In this document: positions 1-16,131 of the stretch, one piece after another
How the letters are laid out: every line of letters begins with the position of its first letter
How positions within the stretch are numbered: position 1 is the first letter of the stretch
NCBI GenBank assembly: GCA_964016885.1
Contig: OZ024747.1
Span: 4,588,001-4,652,000 of the forward strand
Length of the DNA stretch: 64,000 nt
Origin: Eledone cirrhosa
Taxonomy: Eukaryota
Direction of reading: 5' to 3'
The notes under the pieces: model-generated
Seen by the model: the letters and a program-made list of their open reading frames with translations, nothing else
Told to the model about the DNA's origin: nothing
Databases searched by the model: none
Program-made: the position numbers and the translations under genes

Positions 1-36
1 GTGTTTCTTATTGGCAACATGACCCTCCCAAAGTAT

Positions 37-40
<4 letters not shown>

Positions 41-126
<86 letters not shown>

Positions 127-175
127 GTGTATATATATATATATATGTATGTATATATATATATATATGTATATG
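41..175. repeat. (TA)n microsatellite
   Basis: Direct sequence. Confidence 0.95.
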
Positions 176-239
176 AGAGAGAGAAAGAGTGAGAATGAGA
201 GATGTATAAATATATATATATATACACATGTCTCATTCT

Positions 240-470
240 CAGTCCACACTGTAAATGTGGTTGGTGTTAGGAAGGTCATCTAGCTGTAAAAGCCAAGCCA
301 GAAACAGTTCTGTGTGAGCAGGATATGGTCACCTGATCTGACTTGTCTCACAACAGGACAACTCGTCTAACCCATGCTAGCATGAAAAAAAAATGGACGT
401 TAAACAGTGATTATTATGATAAAAAAAAAAGATGTTAAACTGATTATTATGATAATGATGATGATGATAT
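240..470 (+). mobile_element. 3' part of SINE with RTE-type tail
   Basis: GGTTGGTGTTAGGAAGG..ATCTAGCTGTA body, then CCCATGCTAGCATG..GGACGTTAAAC and a (GAT)n-like tail; near-identical block at 36405-36575. Confidence 0.7.
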
Positions 471-633
471 CCATACAAAGTTATATATATATATTTTTGG
501 TAATTTTTCTGTGGCATCTGTTGTTCTTACAAGACAATAATTTTACTTGCCTTTATTTTTCCAACTCAGAATCTCAATTCTGCTATATTGGCAGTATATG
601 ATATTGTTAAGTTTCATCTGAAGATGTAATATT

Positions 634-832
634 TATCCCATTAGCATTTACATTATTCTATATATGGCTTTACCTCACATAATTATCTCATATAAATTGA
701 ATCTATGAGATTTAGATATTATTTATTTTGAGAACAATACCTTAACATCAGTATGAGCGGCTGGTTACAGCCGGTTTGAACAGAAAGAGGTGAGAGAATT
801 TCGGCCAGATATGGCTTGTTTAAAATGCTAAC
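634..832 (-). mobile_element. MITE-like dispersed repeat (TTAGCATT termini)
   Basis: CCCATTAGCATTT at the left end and AAAATGCTAA at the right end are inverted; the reverse complement aligns by eye with 61683-61850. Confidence 0.55.
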
Positions 833-1197
833 ACACATTAACTTACACACGACCACCTTTCTACTGACACAAACACACATTCACACTATTTAGAACACAT
901 GTATATATCAACACACACAGTAGTACAAGAGTGTATACAAAAGTTTCATATACACACACACACTCACCCATTCAGAAAAAAAACACTCATTCACACATGT
1001 AAAATATACATATATATATATGTGTGTGTGTATGTGTGTATTGTGTGTGTGTACTAATGTGTGAGCATACATATATATATATATGTGTGTGTGTATTGTG
1101 TGTGTGTACTAATGTGTGAGTATACATATATATATATTCACCCAAGCAAGCACAACTCAAAATAAGAACACTTAAAACAATACAGAACCTCAAACAT

Positions 1198-1418
1198 GCA
1201 CACTGACACATAGTGGTACACACACACACACACTGACACATAGTGGTACACACACACACACTGACACACAGTGGTACACACACACACACTGACACATAGT
1301 GGTACACACACACACACTGACACACAGTGGTGCACTCACACACACTGACACACAGTGGTACACACACACTGACACACAGTGGTGCACACACACACACTGA
1401 CACACAGTGGTGCACTCA
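1198..1418. repeat. Minisatellite CACTGACACA(C/T)AGTGGT(ACAC)n
   Basis: About 8 tandem units of 24-30 bp. Confidence 0.9.
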
Positions 1419-1540
1419 ACCACCCACTTATTTCTGGGTTATCTACTAAATATTTTTTGCTGTATTATTATTTCTCAAGCAGAAATTATTCCGTCAATGA
1501 CTTAAACAAAACTGCTTTTATAGACAAACAGTTCTTTAGA

Positions 1541-4248
1541 TTATTATTATTACCATTACTATTATTATTACCATTACTATTATTACCATTACTATTATTA
1601 CCATTACTATTATTATTACCATTACCATTATTATTACCATTACCAGTATTACCATTACTATTATTATTACCATTACCATTATTACCATTACTATTATTAT
1701 TACCATTACCAGTATTACCATTACTATTATTATTACCATTACTATTATTACCATTACTATTATTATTACCATTACTATTATTATTACCATTACTATTATT
1801 ATTACCATTACTATTATTACCATTACTATTATTATTACCATTACCAGTATTACCATTACTATTATTATTACCATTACTATTATTATTACCATTACTATTA
1901 TTATTACCATTACTATTATTACCATTACTATTATTATTACCATTACCAGTATTACCATTACTATTATTATTACCATTACTATTATTATTACCATTACTAT
2001 TATTATTACCATTACTATTATTACCATTACTATTATTATTACCATTACTATTATTATTACCATTACTATTATTATTACCATTACTATTATTACCATTACT
2101 ATTATTATTACCATTACTATTATTACCATTACCAGTATTACCATTACTATTATTATTACCATTACTATTATTACCATTACTATTACCATTACCAGTATTA
2201 CCATTACTATTATTATTACCATTACTATTATTACCATTACTATTATTATTACCATTACCAGTATTACCATTACTATTATTATTACCATTACTATTATTAC
2301 CATTACTATTATTATTACCATTACTATTATTACCATTACCAGTATTACCATTACTATTATTATTACCATTACTATTATTACCATTACTATTATTATTACC
2401 ATTACTATTATTATTACCATTACTATTATTATTACCATTACTATTATTACCATTACTATTATTATTACCATTACTATTATTACCATTACCAGTATTACCA
2501 TTACTATTATTATTACCATTACTATTATTACCATTACTATTACCATTACCAGTATTACCATTACTATTATTATTACCATTACTATTATTACCATTACTAT
2601 TATTATTACCATTACTATTATTATTACCATTACCAGTATTACCATTACTATTATTATTACCATTACTATTATTACCATTACTATTATTATTACCATTACT
2701 ATTATTATTACCATTACTATTATTATTACCATTACTATTATTATTACCATTACTATTATTACCATTACCAGTATTACCATTACTATTATTATTACCATTA
2801 CTATTATTACCATTACTATTACCATTACCAGTATTACCATTACTATTATTATTACCATTACTATTATTACCATTACTATTATTATTACCATTACTATTAT
2901 TATTACCATTACTATTATTACCATTACTATTATTATTACCATTACTATTATTATTACCATTACTATTATTATTACCATTACTATTATTACCATTACCAGT
3001 ATTACCATTACTATTATTATTACCATTACTATTATTACCATTACTATTACCATTACCAGTATTACCATTACTATTATTATTACCATTACTATTATTACCA
3101 TTACTATTATTATTACCATTACTATTATTACCATTACTATTATTATTACCATTACCAGTATTACCATTACTATTATTATTACCATTACTATTATTATTAC
3201 CATTACTATTATTATTACCATTACTATTATTACCATTACTATTATTATTACCATTACTATTATTATTACCATTACTATTATTATTACCATTACTATTATT
3301 ATTACCATTACTATTATTACCATTACCAGTATTACCATTACTATTATTATTACCATTACTATTATTACCATTACTATTACCATTACCAGTATTACCATTA
3401 CTATTATTATTACCATTACTATTATTACCATTACTATTATTATTACCATTACTATTATTACCATTACTATTATTATTACCATTACCAGTATTACCATTAC
3501 TATTATTATTACCATTACTATTATTATTACCATTACTATTATTATTACCATTACTATTATTACCATTACTATTATTATTACCATTACTATTATTATTACC
3601 ATTACTATTATTATTACCATTACTATTATTATTACCATTACTATTATTACCATTACCAGTATTACCATTACTATTATTATTACCATTACTATTATTATTA
3701 CCATTACTATTATTACCATTACTATTATTATTACCATTACTATTATTATTACCATTACCAGTATTACCATTACTATTATTATTACCATTACTATTATTAC
3801 CATTACTATTATTATTACCATTACTATTATTATTACCATTACTATTATTATTACCATTACTATTATTACCATTACTATTATTATTACCATTACTATTATT
3901 ACCATTACCAGTATTACCATTACTATTATTATTACCATTACTATTATTACCATTACTATTACCATTACCAGTATTACCATTACTATTATTATTACCATTA
4001 CTATTATTACCATTACTATTATTATTACCATTACCAGTATTACCATTACTATTATTATTACCATTACTATTATTACCATTACTATTATTATTACCATTAC
4101 TATTATTACCATTACCAGTATTACCATTACTATTATTATTACCATTACTATTATTACCATTACTATTACCATTACCAGTATTACCATTAATATTATTATT
4201 ACCATTACTATTATTACCATTACCAGTATTACCATTACTATTATCATT
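1541..4248. repeat. 2.7-kb compound trinucleotide-phased minisatellite (TTACCA/TTACTA/TTA/GTA)
   Basis: Units of 15/18/21 bp, all multiples of 3, which explains the three long low-complexity ORFs. Confidence 0.95.
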
Positions 4249-4254
4249 ATGGGG

Positions 4255-4392
4255 GGGAAGGTGGTGGAACGTCAAACAAATGCTTTGTGGCATGTAGTTA
4301 TGGCCCTTTATGTTCAAATCCCACCATGGTTAGCTTTGCCTGTCATCCTTACGGGGTTGATAAAATAAAGTAGCAGTAATGTACTGAGGTCT
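4255..4392 (+). mobile_element. Degenerate tRNA-derived SINE (family with GCCTTTCATCC...GATAAAATAAAGTACCAG core)
   Basis: B-box GTTCAAATCC plus TTTGCCTGTCATCCTTACGGGGTTGATAAAATAAAGTAGCAG, homologous to the 48745-48932 copy. Confidence 0.7.
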
Positions 4393-4426
4393 TTTTAACC
4401 TAGCTGATTTTTACCACACCCTATCT

Positions 4427-7113
<2,687 letters not shown>

Positions 7114-7472
7114 CCAGAGAATGTAACATGCAATGTTACTGTAGGTTTACCCCCCGGGTGAGCACTCGCTGCGTAGTTTCCAGCCTGTAAAGAGATGTAG
7201 AACTAAGCAGAGTGTAAATATAATGATAAAAGGATGATTTGTTATGTCTTCATTACGTTTATTGAGTAGTGACACATGTTTCACTATTGATCAGCTCAAG
7301 GTTCGATATGTATCGATCTGGCCCAACTTTGAAAGAATCATTGTGTCATTACCACAGCAGAGGTCCGATGAGCTTTTGATTTCAGAGTCGGGCCAGATCA
7401 ATACAGATCGAACCTTGAGGTGATCAATAGCATGAGGTGATCAATAAATGTAATGTAGACATAGCAAATCAT

Positions 7473-7480
<8 letters not shown>
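7114..7480 (-). mobile_element. Fold-back PLE/pLTR-like cassette (family C) with split hammerhead
   Basis: Inverted arms 7227-7334 and 7380-7480; CCGATGAGCTTTTGAT on + and ATCAATAGT-GAAAC-ATGT-GTC on -; flanked by (TA)n. Confidence 0.6.
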
Positions 7481-7510
<30 letters not shown>

Positions 7511-7513
<3 letters not shown>

Positions 7514-7800
7514 ACCAAAAGTTAAACAAGGTTCATTGACTAATCAATGAATATAGTTTTACAATAGATTAGAAGCCCTCAACAAAAGTTTTCCAGGGTT
7601 ATTAATATTAATTCAAAATATTAATAAATATAGACATTCATGTAATCAAATATATTTTATTATATATATTTCGGAGGTACTGTGCTGTTTATCTGATGAG
7701 GACGTACTGAGGAAACAGTACAGTACCTCCGAAATATATATAATAAAATATATTTGATTACATGAATGTCTATATTTATTAATATTTTGAATTAATATAT
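7511..7800. mobile_element. Fold-back PLE/pLTR-like cassette (same family as 37017-37430)
   Basis: Inverted arms about 7604-7690 and 7713-7798; the extra tail 7511-7603 is the reverse-complement homolog of 37330-37425. Confidence 0.75.
7688..7747 (+). ncRNA. Type I hammerhead ribozyme (intact core)
   Basis: TTTAT-CTGATGA-GGA C GTACTG...CAGTAC C TCC-GAAA-T ATAT A-TA-ATAAA: stem I, core, stem II, GAAA, minimal palindromic stem III, AUA cleavage triplet. Confidence 0.85.
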
Positions 7801-7818
7801 ATTTATATATATATATAT

Positions 7819-8219
7819 GGAGGAGGTTATAGTTCACTTGAAGCATTGTGTAATGAGGTATAAACGTTAGAATATGTGTAATAAGGCCAAGACAATGCAG
7901 GTATGGACATAGAAAAAAGAATGCAATAGTGAAAGATATTGATGTGAATTCGTCTTTCACCTTGAATTTATTTAAATGTCCTTAATTTTCGAGATAATAT
8001 CTCTTCTTCGGAGGGAAGTAAAGGTCTCAAACCAGATTTAAAGACGCTGGTTTGAGACCTTTATTTCCCTCCGAAGAAGAGATATTATCTCGAAAATTAA
8101 GGACATTTAAATAAATTCAAGGTGAAAGACGAATTCACATCAATATCTTTCACTATTGCATTCTTTTTTCTATGTCCATACCTGCATTGTCTTGGCCTTA
8201 TTACACATATTCTAACGTT

Positions 8220-8223
<4 letters not shown>
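7819..8223. mobile_element. 177-bp-arm inverted repeat cassette with atypical HHR-like motif
   Basis: Arms 7859-8035 and 8047-8223, one mismatch seen; CCT-CCGAAGA-A-GAGAT ATT ATCTC-GAAA-ATTA-AGG at 8068-8102 and its mirror. Confidence 0.7.
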
Positions 8224-8252
<29 letters not shown>

Positions 8253-8485
8253 ATATGTATATATATGTATATATATATATACATATGTATATATATGTAT
8301 ATATATATATACATATGTATATATATGTATATATATATATACATATGTATATATATGTATATATATATGTATATATATGTATATATATATGTATATATGT
8401 ATATATATGTATATATATGTATATATAGATGTATATATATATATACATATGTATATATATGTATATATATATGTATATATATATG

Positions 8486-8516
<31 letters not shown>

Positions 8517-8621
8517 GTATATTTATATATATATACATATGTATATATGTATATATATATATACATATGTATATAAATGTATATATATGTATATATATAT
8601 ATATGTATATATATGTATACA

Positions 8622-8928
8622 CTGAGGATGAAAAACTCAGAGCTGTATGGGAGCCTCCCAAGAGTTAGCTCAAAAGTGACACAGAGGAGACTGAGATTAG
8701 CTGGACATTCTTACCGACATCCAGAGTTGACATTGCACTCAGTGCTCCCGTGGGAGCCCCTACATGGACACATTGGAAGGGGAAGACCAAGGTTAACGTA
8801 TGTTGATGCCCTAAGGACAGACACTGGTCTGTTGGAGATGCAGGACATGGCAGCGATAATGAGGGACAGAGACCGCTGGAGAGAACTCATCCATAGATCT
8901 CGGGAATTTTACCAGCCCTAGATAGATA

Positions 8929-8930
<2 letters not shown>
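8622..8930 (+). mobile_element. 5'-truncated RTE-like LINE 3' end
   Basis: Open frame ...[15 protein letters not shown]...WEPLHGHIGRGRPRLTYVD...DRDRWRE, typical of an RTE-type C-terminus; ends in (TAGA)n/(TA)n. Confidence 0.8.
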
Positions 8931-9014
<84 letters not shown>

Positions 9015-9018
9015 TATA

Positions 9019-9162
9019 TAGGAACAGGTATGATCCCGACGGCAGAGCTCAAGCCGTTTCGACGGCTAATTCTGCACTCACTATTACCCACTCTACCACC
9101 CTAAGTATTGAGTACTTTGGTGCATTATGGTCCATCTGGTTCCTTACCACATTACCTTTGTT
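9019..9162 (+). mobile_element. HHR-associated cassette family A (inverted 5' piece plus 3' tail)
   Basis: Homologous to 17820-18011, 24124-24201, 32998-33135, 33976-34162, 40039-40099 and 63505-63677; all TA-flanked. Confidence 0.75.
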
Positions 9163-9226
9163 ATATATATATATATATATATATACGATATTAAACAAAT
9201 GGAAACTATATTTATAAAACCATATT

Positions 9227-9292
9227 TATTTCATTATACATATTTCAGGGATACCATATTAAAAATATGGCATGCCTTCGTCAGATAAAATA
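9227..9292 (-). ncRNA. Type I hammerhead ribozyme (mirror copy)
   Basis: Reverse complement of 9425-9490. Confidence 0.85.
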
Positions 9293-9424
9293 CAATATAT
9301 AAACAGTTTTATAAATAATTTTGACGTACCATATTATAAGCGACCATTATATTAGGATATCCTAATATAATGGTCGCTTATAATATGGTACGTCAAAATT
9401 ATTTATAAAACTGTTTATATATTG

Positions 9425-9490
9425 TATTTTATCTGACGAAGGCATGCCATATTTTTAATATGGTATCCCTGAAATATGTATAATGAAATA
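9425..9490 (+). ncRNA. Type I hammerhead ribozyme (intact core)
   Basis: TATTTTAT-CTGACGA-AGG C ATGCCATATT TTT AATATGGTAT C CCT-GAAA-T ATGT A-TA-ATGAAATA; 8-bp stem I, 13-bp stem II. Confidence 0.9.
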
Positions 9491-9662
9491 AATATGGTTT
9501 TATAAATATAGTTTCCATTTGTTTAATATCGTATATCTACTCCAAAAACTTGTCGAGTGCTTTATATCAGTTATAAAATATTTACTTGTTGTAACCCAAC
9601 CATTTTAAATAAAACTTTTGCATATATATATATATATGTATACATATATATACATACGTATA

Positions 9663-9715
<53 letters not shown>

Positions 9716-10080
9716 CCTACATTAGTGATAATGAACAGGCGAAAAATAACGGAAGTAGAGTATAGATAATTTAATTCGGTCAGCAGGAACTAATTAAGTG
9801 AAACTAAAAGTTTCCACGGTAACTGAAGCACCTGTTTTATCTGTCGCTATTTCAGATTAAAACTATATAATAATCTATATATGTGTATATGTGTAGAATA
9901 TTGCCAGGTGTATATATGTTGCAGTGTATATATTGCATGTTGGCAAGTGTGTGTATATGTTGCATGCTGGGGTCTATATGGGTGTATATGTGTGTATATG
10001 CAGTTACAAGTCAGTATTTCTATGTAGTTATGACTAGGTGTGTTTAACACTGGGCATGTTTGTGTGTATATGCATGCGTT

Positions 10081-10476
10081 CATCATCATCATCATCATTT
10101 CATTTTACGTCCGCTTTTCCCTGCATGCAAGGGTGGGATGGGAACTGATTCTGGCTTGATTTCTACAGCTGGATGCCCTTCCTAACACCAACCTCATTTA
10201 CAGTGAGGGCTGGGTGCTTTTTTTCCGTGGCACCTCCACGTCCACTTTACAGTGTGGGCTGGGTGCTTTTTTTCCATGGCACCTCCACGTCCACTTTACA
10301 GTGGAATGATAGGGACCCCAGTCCCTATCATCTCATTTCTACAGCTGAGTAAACTGGAGCTATGTGAAATAAAGTGTCTTGCTCAAGGAAACAACACATC
10401 ACCCGGTCTGCTGAGAATTGAACTCACAACTTTCGATTGCAAGGCCAATGCTCTAACCACTAAACCATGTGCCTCC
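10081..10476 (-). mobile_element. Full-length tRNA-derived SINE with RTE-derived 3' tail
   Basis: Head GGAGGCACATGGTTTAGTGGTTAGAGC (A box), GAGTTCAATTCT (B box), CCTTGAGCAAGACACT central domain, tail GCAGGGAAAAGCGGACGTAAAATG(ATG)n. Confidence 0.85.
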
Positions 10477-11195
10477 ACATGGTTATGCATATTTATTTTC
10501 AATTGTATATGTGTTTGTGTACGGGTGTATATATTCTATTTCAAGTATGGGCATATCTGATTATGTGTTGTATATGAGCATAAGTGCCTAAATGTGTGTA
10601 TATGTATATATCTGCCTACTCTCATGTATATATATGCATAAATGCACCAATGGCTATGTAGTAGATAGTCTACATCTGTGTATACACGATTGTGCATACT
10701 TTCCTTATTTATGTATATATTGTCTACATATATGTGTCCACATCACGTGTGTTACTGGGAATGCGGGCACAGTTAACTTCATTACTGTGTACATATTTTT
10801 GTTTTCAACTAACCTAGCATTGTGAAGTCAAAGAGGAGAGAGCTCTATAACCCTGGATAGGGGCATATTTTGGGTACTGTCAACTGGGGCCAGCAGAGAC
10901 AGAGACCCAGAGAACTTCACTCTATTTTCAAAGGAACATTTGATAATGTTCCTTAAAAAACTGGATAACAGTACATCTGGTGTTGAAATAATGTTTCTTC
11001 AAATCACTTTATTCTGTTTTCAAAAGAACAGTAGAAAAAGCTATATATATACATATACACACATACATTATACATACATACAAACATATATATACATACA
11101 TACACACATATATACATACACATGTATATACATTACATAAATACACACTTATATACATACATACACATGTATATACATACATACACACATACACG

Positions 11196-11253
<58 letters not shown>

Positions 11254-11668
11254 TAAAAAATACACATACATACATACTCATAGGCACCAACATTTGTTGT
11301 TTCTAAATATCAATAAACATGTCTAATAATATATATATTCATATGTACCCACCACTAAATATATGAGACAGTAATCATCAAAAGCAAGATAATTCTTATA
11401 ACTATGAGGCATTTATGAAAATCTTTCATTACAGAATTATAACGTTTATTTTCTAAACACATTGCTCTTTAGTATTCACTCTTTACATGTATATGGCCTT
11501 AAAACAACAAGACTCTACCACACATTAGCTTTATCATATGTCTTAAAGCTGAAATATCTCATTACACAACATATTAATTACGTATGAGCATGTACATGCA
11601 TGATAAATATCTATGTATATATATATATATATAAATCACACACACACGCACACATATGCTACAGTCTA

Positions 11669-11719
<51 letters not shown>

Positions 11720-11887
11720 GTGTGTGTTATAAGACTTTATGTAATTGTCATTTATAATTTTAACTACACAAACAACCACATATATACATACACACACTCA
11801 ACCACTGTCTCTCTCTCTCTTTCACACACACACATACACATAAAACTACATCAGTGACTGTAGTTTCCTGATCAAGAGAACTTGACA

Positions 11888-11954
11888 AACTTAAAGTACA
11901 CCAAGCTTAAAGTACACCAAGCTTAAAGTACACCAAGCTTAAAGTACACCAAGC
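11888..11954. repeat. 4x 16-bp tandem repeat (CTTAAAGTACACCAAG)
   Basis: Direct sequence. Confidence 0.9.
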
Positions 11955-12419
11955 CCCACCCTTAGACATGAGGAAGCAGCAATTTGGTGAATAAAAACAC
12001 TGAAGATAAATGTTGGTTGTGACGAGAGACACATGAGACTAAGGAGAGGAGTAGGGAGAGTATAATAGAAATAGCAGTGTAGGAGCAGTGATAGCTGCAT
12101 GTTGCTGAGATAGCCACCAATCCTGGTGAGTGGTGGTGGCCTTCAATAGACAGGGGATTGGTAGCTGAGCATGGAGTGTGGGGGAAGTGAAGGGAGTAAC
12201 TGGACCATGGTACTCTGCTTTATGAGTGTGCAATCACATACTTTTAGGACAAAGATGTGGAGAGGGTAGCAAGACCAAGTTAGGGGAGGGTGGGATCAAG
12301 AAAAAAAGAGGGAGTTAAGCATATTGGTATAATTCTCAGCTTCTATCGTGTGATCCTGCCCATATCACATCTCATCCTGGGAGTTTGGATCTTTTGTAAG
12401 ATGGCAAGTCCTCAATCAA

Positions 12420-12975
12420 CTTCATCCTGTGTCATTTCATCTGTGAGGTTCCGCTTCATGTGATCATCCTATGTTATCTTAGGTTTGTCCCTTCCTTTGA
12501 TTCGATTCTGTGTCATTTCATCTGTGAGGTTTAGCTTCATGAGATCATCCTATGTTATTTTAAGTTTATCCCTTCCTTTAATTTGAACCTCTGTCATTTC
12601 ATCTGTGAGGTTCAGCTTCATGTGATCATCCTATGTTATATTAGGTTTATCCCTTCCTTTGATTTGATCCTGTGTCATTTTATCTGTGAGGTTTAGCTTC
12701 ATGAGATCAGTCTTCACTACATCATTCCATGTTTTCCTCGGTTTTTCTCCTTCCACTAATTTGATCCTGTGTCAATTCATCTGTGAGGTTCAGCTTCATG
12801 ATCTTCAGTTTCACCAGATCATCCTATGATATCTTAGGTTTTCCTCTTTCATTAACTTGATCCCCTTCTATTAAAATGAACCTGTATCATTTCATCTGGA
12901 GGTTTAGCTTCATGAGGTCAGTCTTCACCACAACATCCCATGTTTTCCTAGGTTTTTCCCTTCCACTAATTTCCT
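12420..12975 (-). repeat. Degenerate ~80-110-bp tandem array derived from RTE LINE C-terminal coding sequence
   Basis: About 6 units containing TGTCATTTCATCTGTGAGGTT.AGCTTCATG; the - strand reads GKPRKTWDVVVKTDLMKLNL.DEM-like. Confidence 0.65.
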
Positions 12976-13159
12976 AAAATGTGAGTACTCTGCACCTTAG
13001 TTATACAGCTGTAGTCTTTTATATGAATCTTGTGTCTATAGCATAGCAGTCTTTTCTGTGATGCATTACATTAAATTCTACTTATACTGAGATTTACACT
13101 CAGTTCACTTAAGCTATGACATTCATGTACACTAAAGTTACACAACCACCAGAGCACAC

Positions 13160-13781
13160 TTGCTTCAATTCTTCATATAAACATGTATCGTATGTGTGTG
13201 TGTATATATAAACATGTATCATATGTGTGTGTGTATATATATATAAACATGTATCATATGTGTGTGTGTATATATATATACATATATGTGTATGTGTATA
13301 TATACATATATGGTGTGTATATATATTTATACACACACACTATATATATATATGTGGCATGTGCATAAATGTATATATAAATGTGCATATGTTTCAATTC
13401 TTTATGGTGTAACATATCTATACATATGTATATACATTTATACACACACCACATATGTAAACATATATGGCGCCTGTGTAAATCTATCTATAAATTTGCA
13501 TATGTATTCATGTGTGTGTCTGTATGTATGAGTATTCAAGTGTTTATATTTGTATATATATATATATAAATATATATGTATATAAATATATACATATATA
13601 TAAATATATACATATATATATATATACATATATATAAATATATACATATATATATATATATAAATATATATGTATATAAATATATACATATATATATATA
13701 TATATGTATATAAATATATACATATATATATATATATATGTATATAAATATATACATATATATATATATATATGTATATAA

Positions 13782-13876
<95 letters not shown>

Positions 13877-13907
13877 AATATATACATATATATATATATA
13901 TATATAA

Positions 13908-13968
<61 letters not shown>

Positions 13969-13987
13969 AATATATACATATATATAA

Positions 13988-14019
<32 letters not shown>

Positions 14020-14160
14020 ATATAAATATATATGTATATAAATATATACATATATATATATAAATATATATGTATATAAATATATACATATATATAAATA
14101 TATACATATATATATATATATATATCTCCGCACACACACATATATATATACACATATACA
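13160..14160. repeat. TA/TG/TAAA compound microsatellite
   Basis: Direct sequence. Confidence 0.9.
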
Positions 14161-15036
14161 CTATATATTTACCCACAAATAGACACATGTATATACATCC
14201 ATACAAATACACACAAATATACACAACTATACACAAATCTTCACAAATATATATATACAACAGCAACAAAAACATACCAAAATAAAGAACAAATAAATAA
14301 TTAAAAGAGTATTGAAATCAGATCCTGTATCCTTTAGTTTCTGCCATGTTACCAAATGATTATAATTATAGCTTAACGCCAGACTTAATTCAAGGAACAT
14401 CTGAATTGCATATTAAAACTAAATCGCTAATTACTCCAGGAAGTCAGGAAGTTTGACGATGAAGAATTTTTGTTTTGAATATTTTCACCAGCAAAACTGA
14501 ATGAATTTTTAACATACATAATCATTTCTATTGTTGTTGTTGTGGCAGCTGTTGTTACTGTTGTTGTTGTTGTTGTTGCTGTTGTTACTGTTGTTGTTGT
14601 TGTTGTTAATGTTGTTGTTGGTGCTGTTGTTGTTGCTATTTTATTTGCTTGTGTTTCTCTTATTTTTCAAATAAAAATAATAAAAAATTAAGTTCATTTA
14701 GTTTGTAAGATGTGAATAAAAGATTAAATGCATGTATATATATGTGTGTGTGTGTGTGTATGTGTGTGTGTGTGTATGGGTGGATGGATGTGTGTGTATG
14801 TAGGTACATAGGTATGTACATATGAATGCATGCATGCACACATGTCTATATGCTTGTATATGCATGTATGTAGGTATATCCATATATATATATATATATG
14901 CATATGTGTATATGTACATATATATATGTCTATGTGAGTGTATATATATATATATAGGTACATTTCTAAGTATAACTATGTATGTACATGAATGTATATA
15001 TATATATATATATATATATGCGCGCATATACATGTA

Positions 15037-15250
15037 GATCCAAAGGGAAATCGGAGGTAACCACAATTAATAAAAGGTACTCAATACATTAGTAGAGTGA
15101 GAACATCATTATTTAATATAGAAATAGCTTCTACCGGACTAGATCTGTTTCATTTATATGATTTCACATAGCTAAAACAGTTCTAGTCATGTAGAAGCCA
15201 TTTCTACATTAAATCTTTATCGTCACTCTACTTATATATTGAGTGCTTTA
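15037..15250. mobile_element. Fold-back cassette family B (diverged)
   Basis: Inverted arms around 15160 containing AAACAGTTCTAGTC.TGTAGAAGCC and ACTCTAC..TTGAGT; homologous to 28883-29040, 35138-35278 and 39771-39950. Confidence 0.7.
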
Positions 15251-15269
15251 TATACACATATTGAGATAT

Positions 15270-15307
<38 letters not shown>

Positions 15308-15404
15308 GTGTGTGTATATACATACATATATATATGTATGTATATACGTGTGTGTGTGTATATATATAAATATATATATGTATATATTTATATATGTACG
15401 TATG

Positions 15405-15456
<52 letters not shown>

Positions 15457-15472
15457 AGTATGTATGTGTATG

Positions 15473-15536
<64 letters not shown>

Positions 15537-15594
15537 AGTATGTATGTGTATATATATTTATTTATATATATATGTATGTGTGTATATATATATA

Positions 15595-15638
<44 letters not shown>

Positions 15639-15706
15639 AGTATGTATGTTTATATATATTTATTTATATATGTATGTATGTGTGTATATATATATGTGTG
15701 TGTGTG

Positions 15707-15744
<38 letters not shown>

Positions 15745-15814
15745 AGTATGTATGTGTACATATATTTATTTATATATGTATGTATGTGTGTATATATATA
15801 TGTGTATGTGTATA

Positions 15815-15861
<47 letters not shown>

Positions 15862-16090
15862 ACAACTACCACTACTACCCTTCACCACTGATATTATCAC
15901 CATATACTCCTACAACAGCAACAACTAAAACACCAATATTGAAACAAAAATACAATTTAATTATTTCTAAAATTTTACAGCAAAGCATTTTCTCACTTTA
16001 ATACATAGCTGCCAATTTCTGTAATCATTGCAAGATTTTTCTTTAAAATTCTCTGTGCCTGTATATATATATATATATATATATCTGTGC

Positions 16091-16131
<41 letters not shown>

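Larger units (their letters stand above)
9181..9622. mobile_element. Spacerless ~356-bp palindrome plus 3' tail (PLE/pLTR-like)
   Basis: Symmetry centre 9358/9359 (GGATATCC); arms 9181-9358 and 9359-9536; unique tail to about 9622; (TA)n on both sides. Confidence 0.85.

Noticed and set aside
1379-4297. 972-aa poly-Leu/Pro and 903-aa poly-Ile/Val/Met ORFs
   Set aside because: Alternative frames of a triplet-phased minisatellite
10400-10476. tRNA gene
   Set aside because: A and B boxes are present, but the sequence continues into a multicopy SINE body and tail with no convincing cloverleaf
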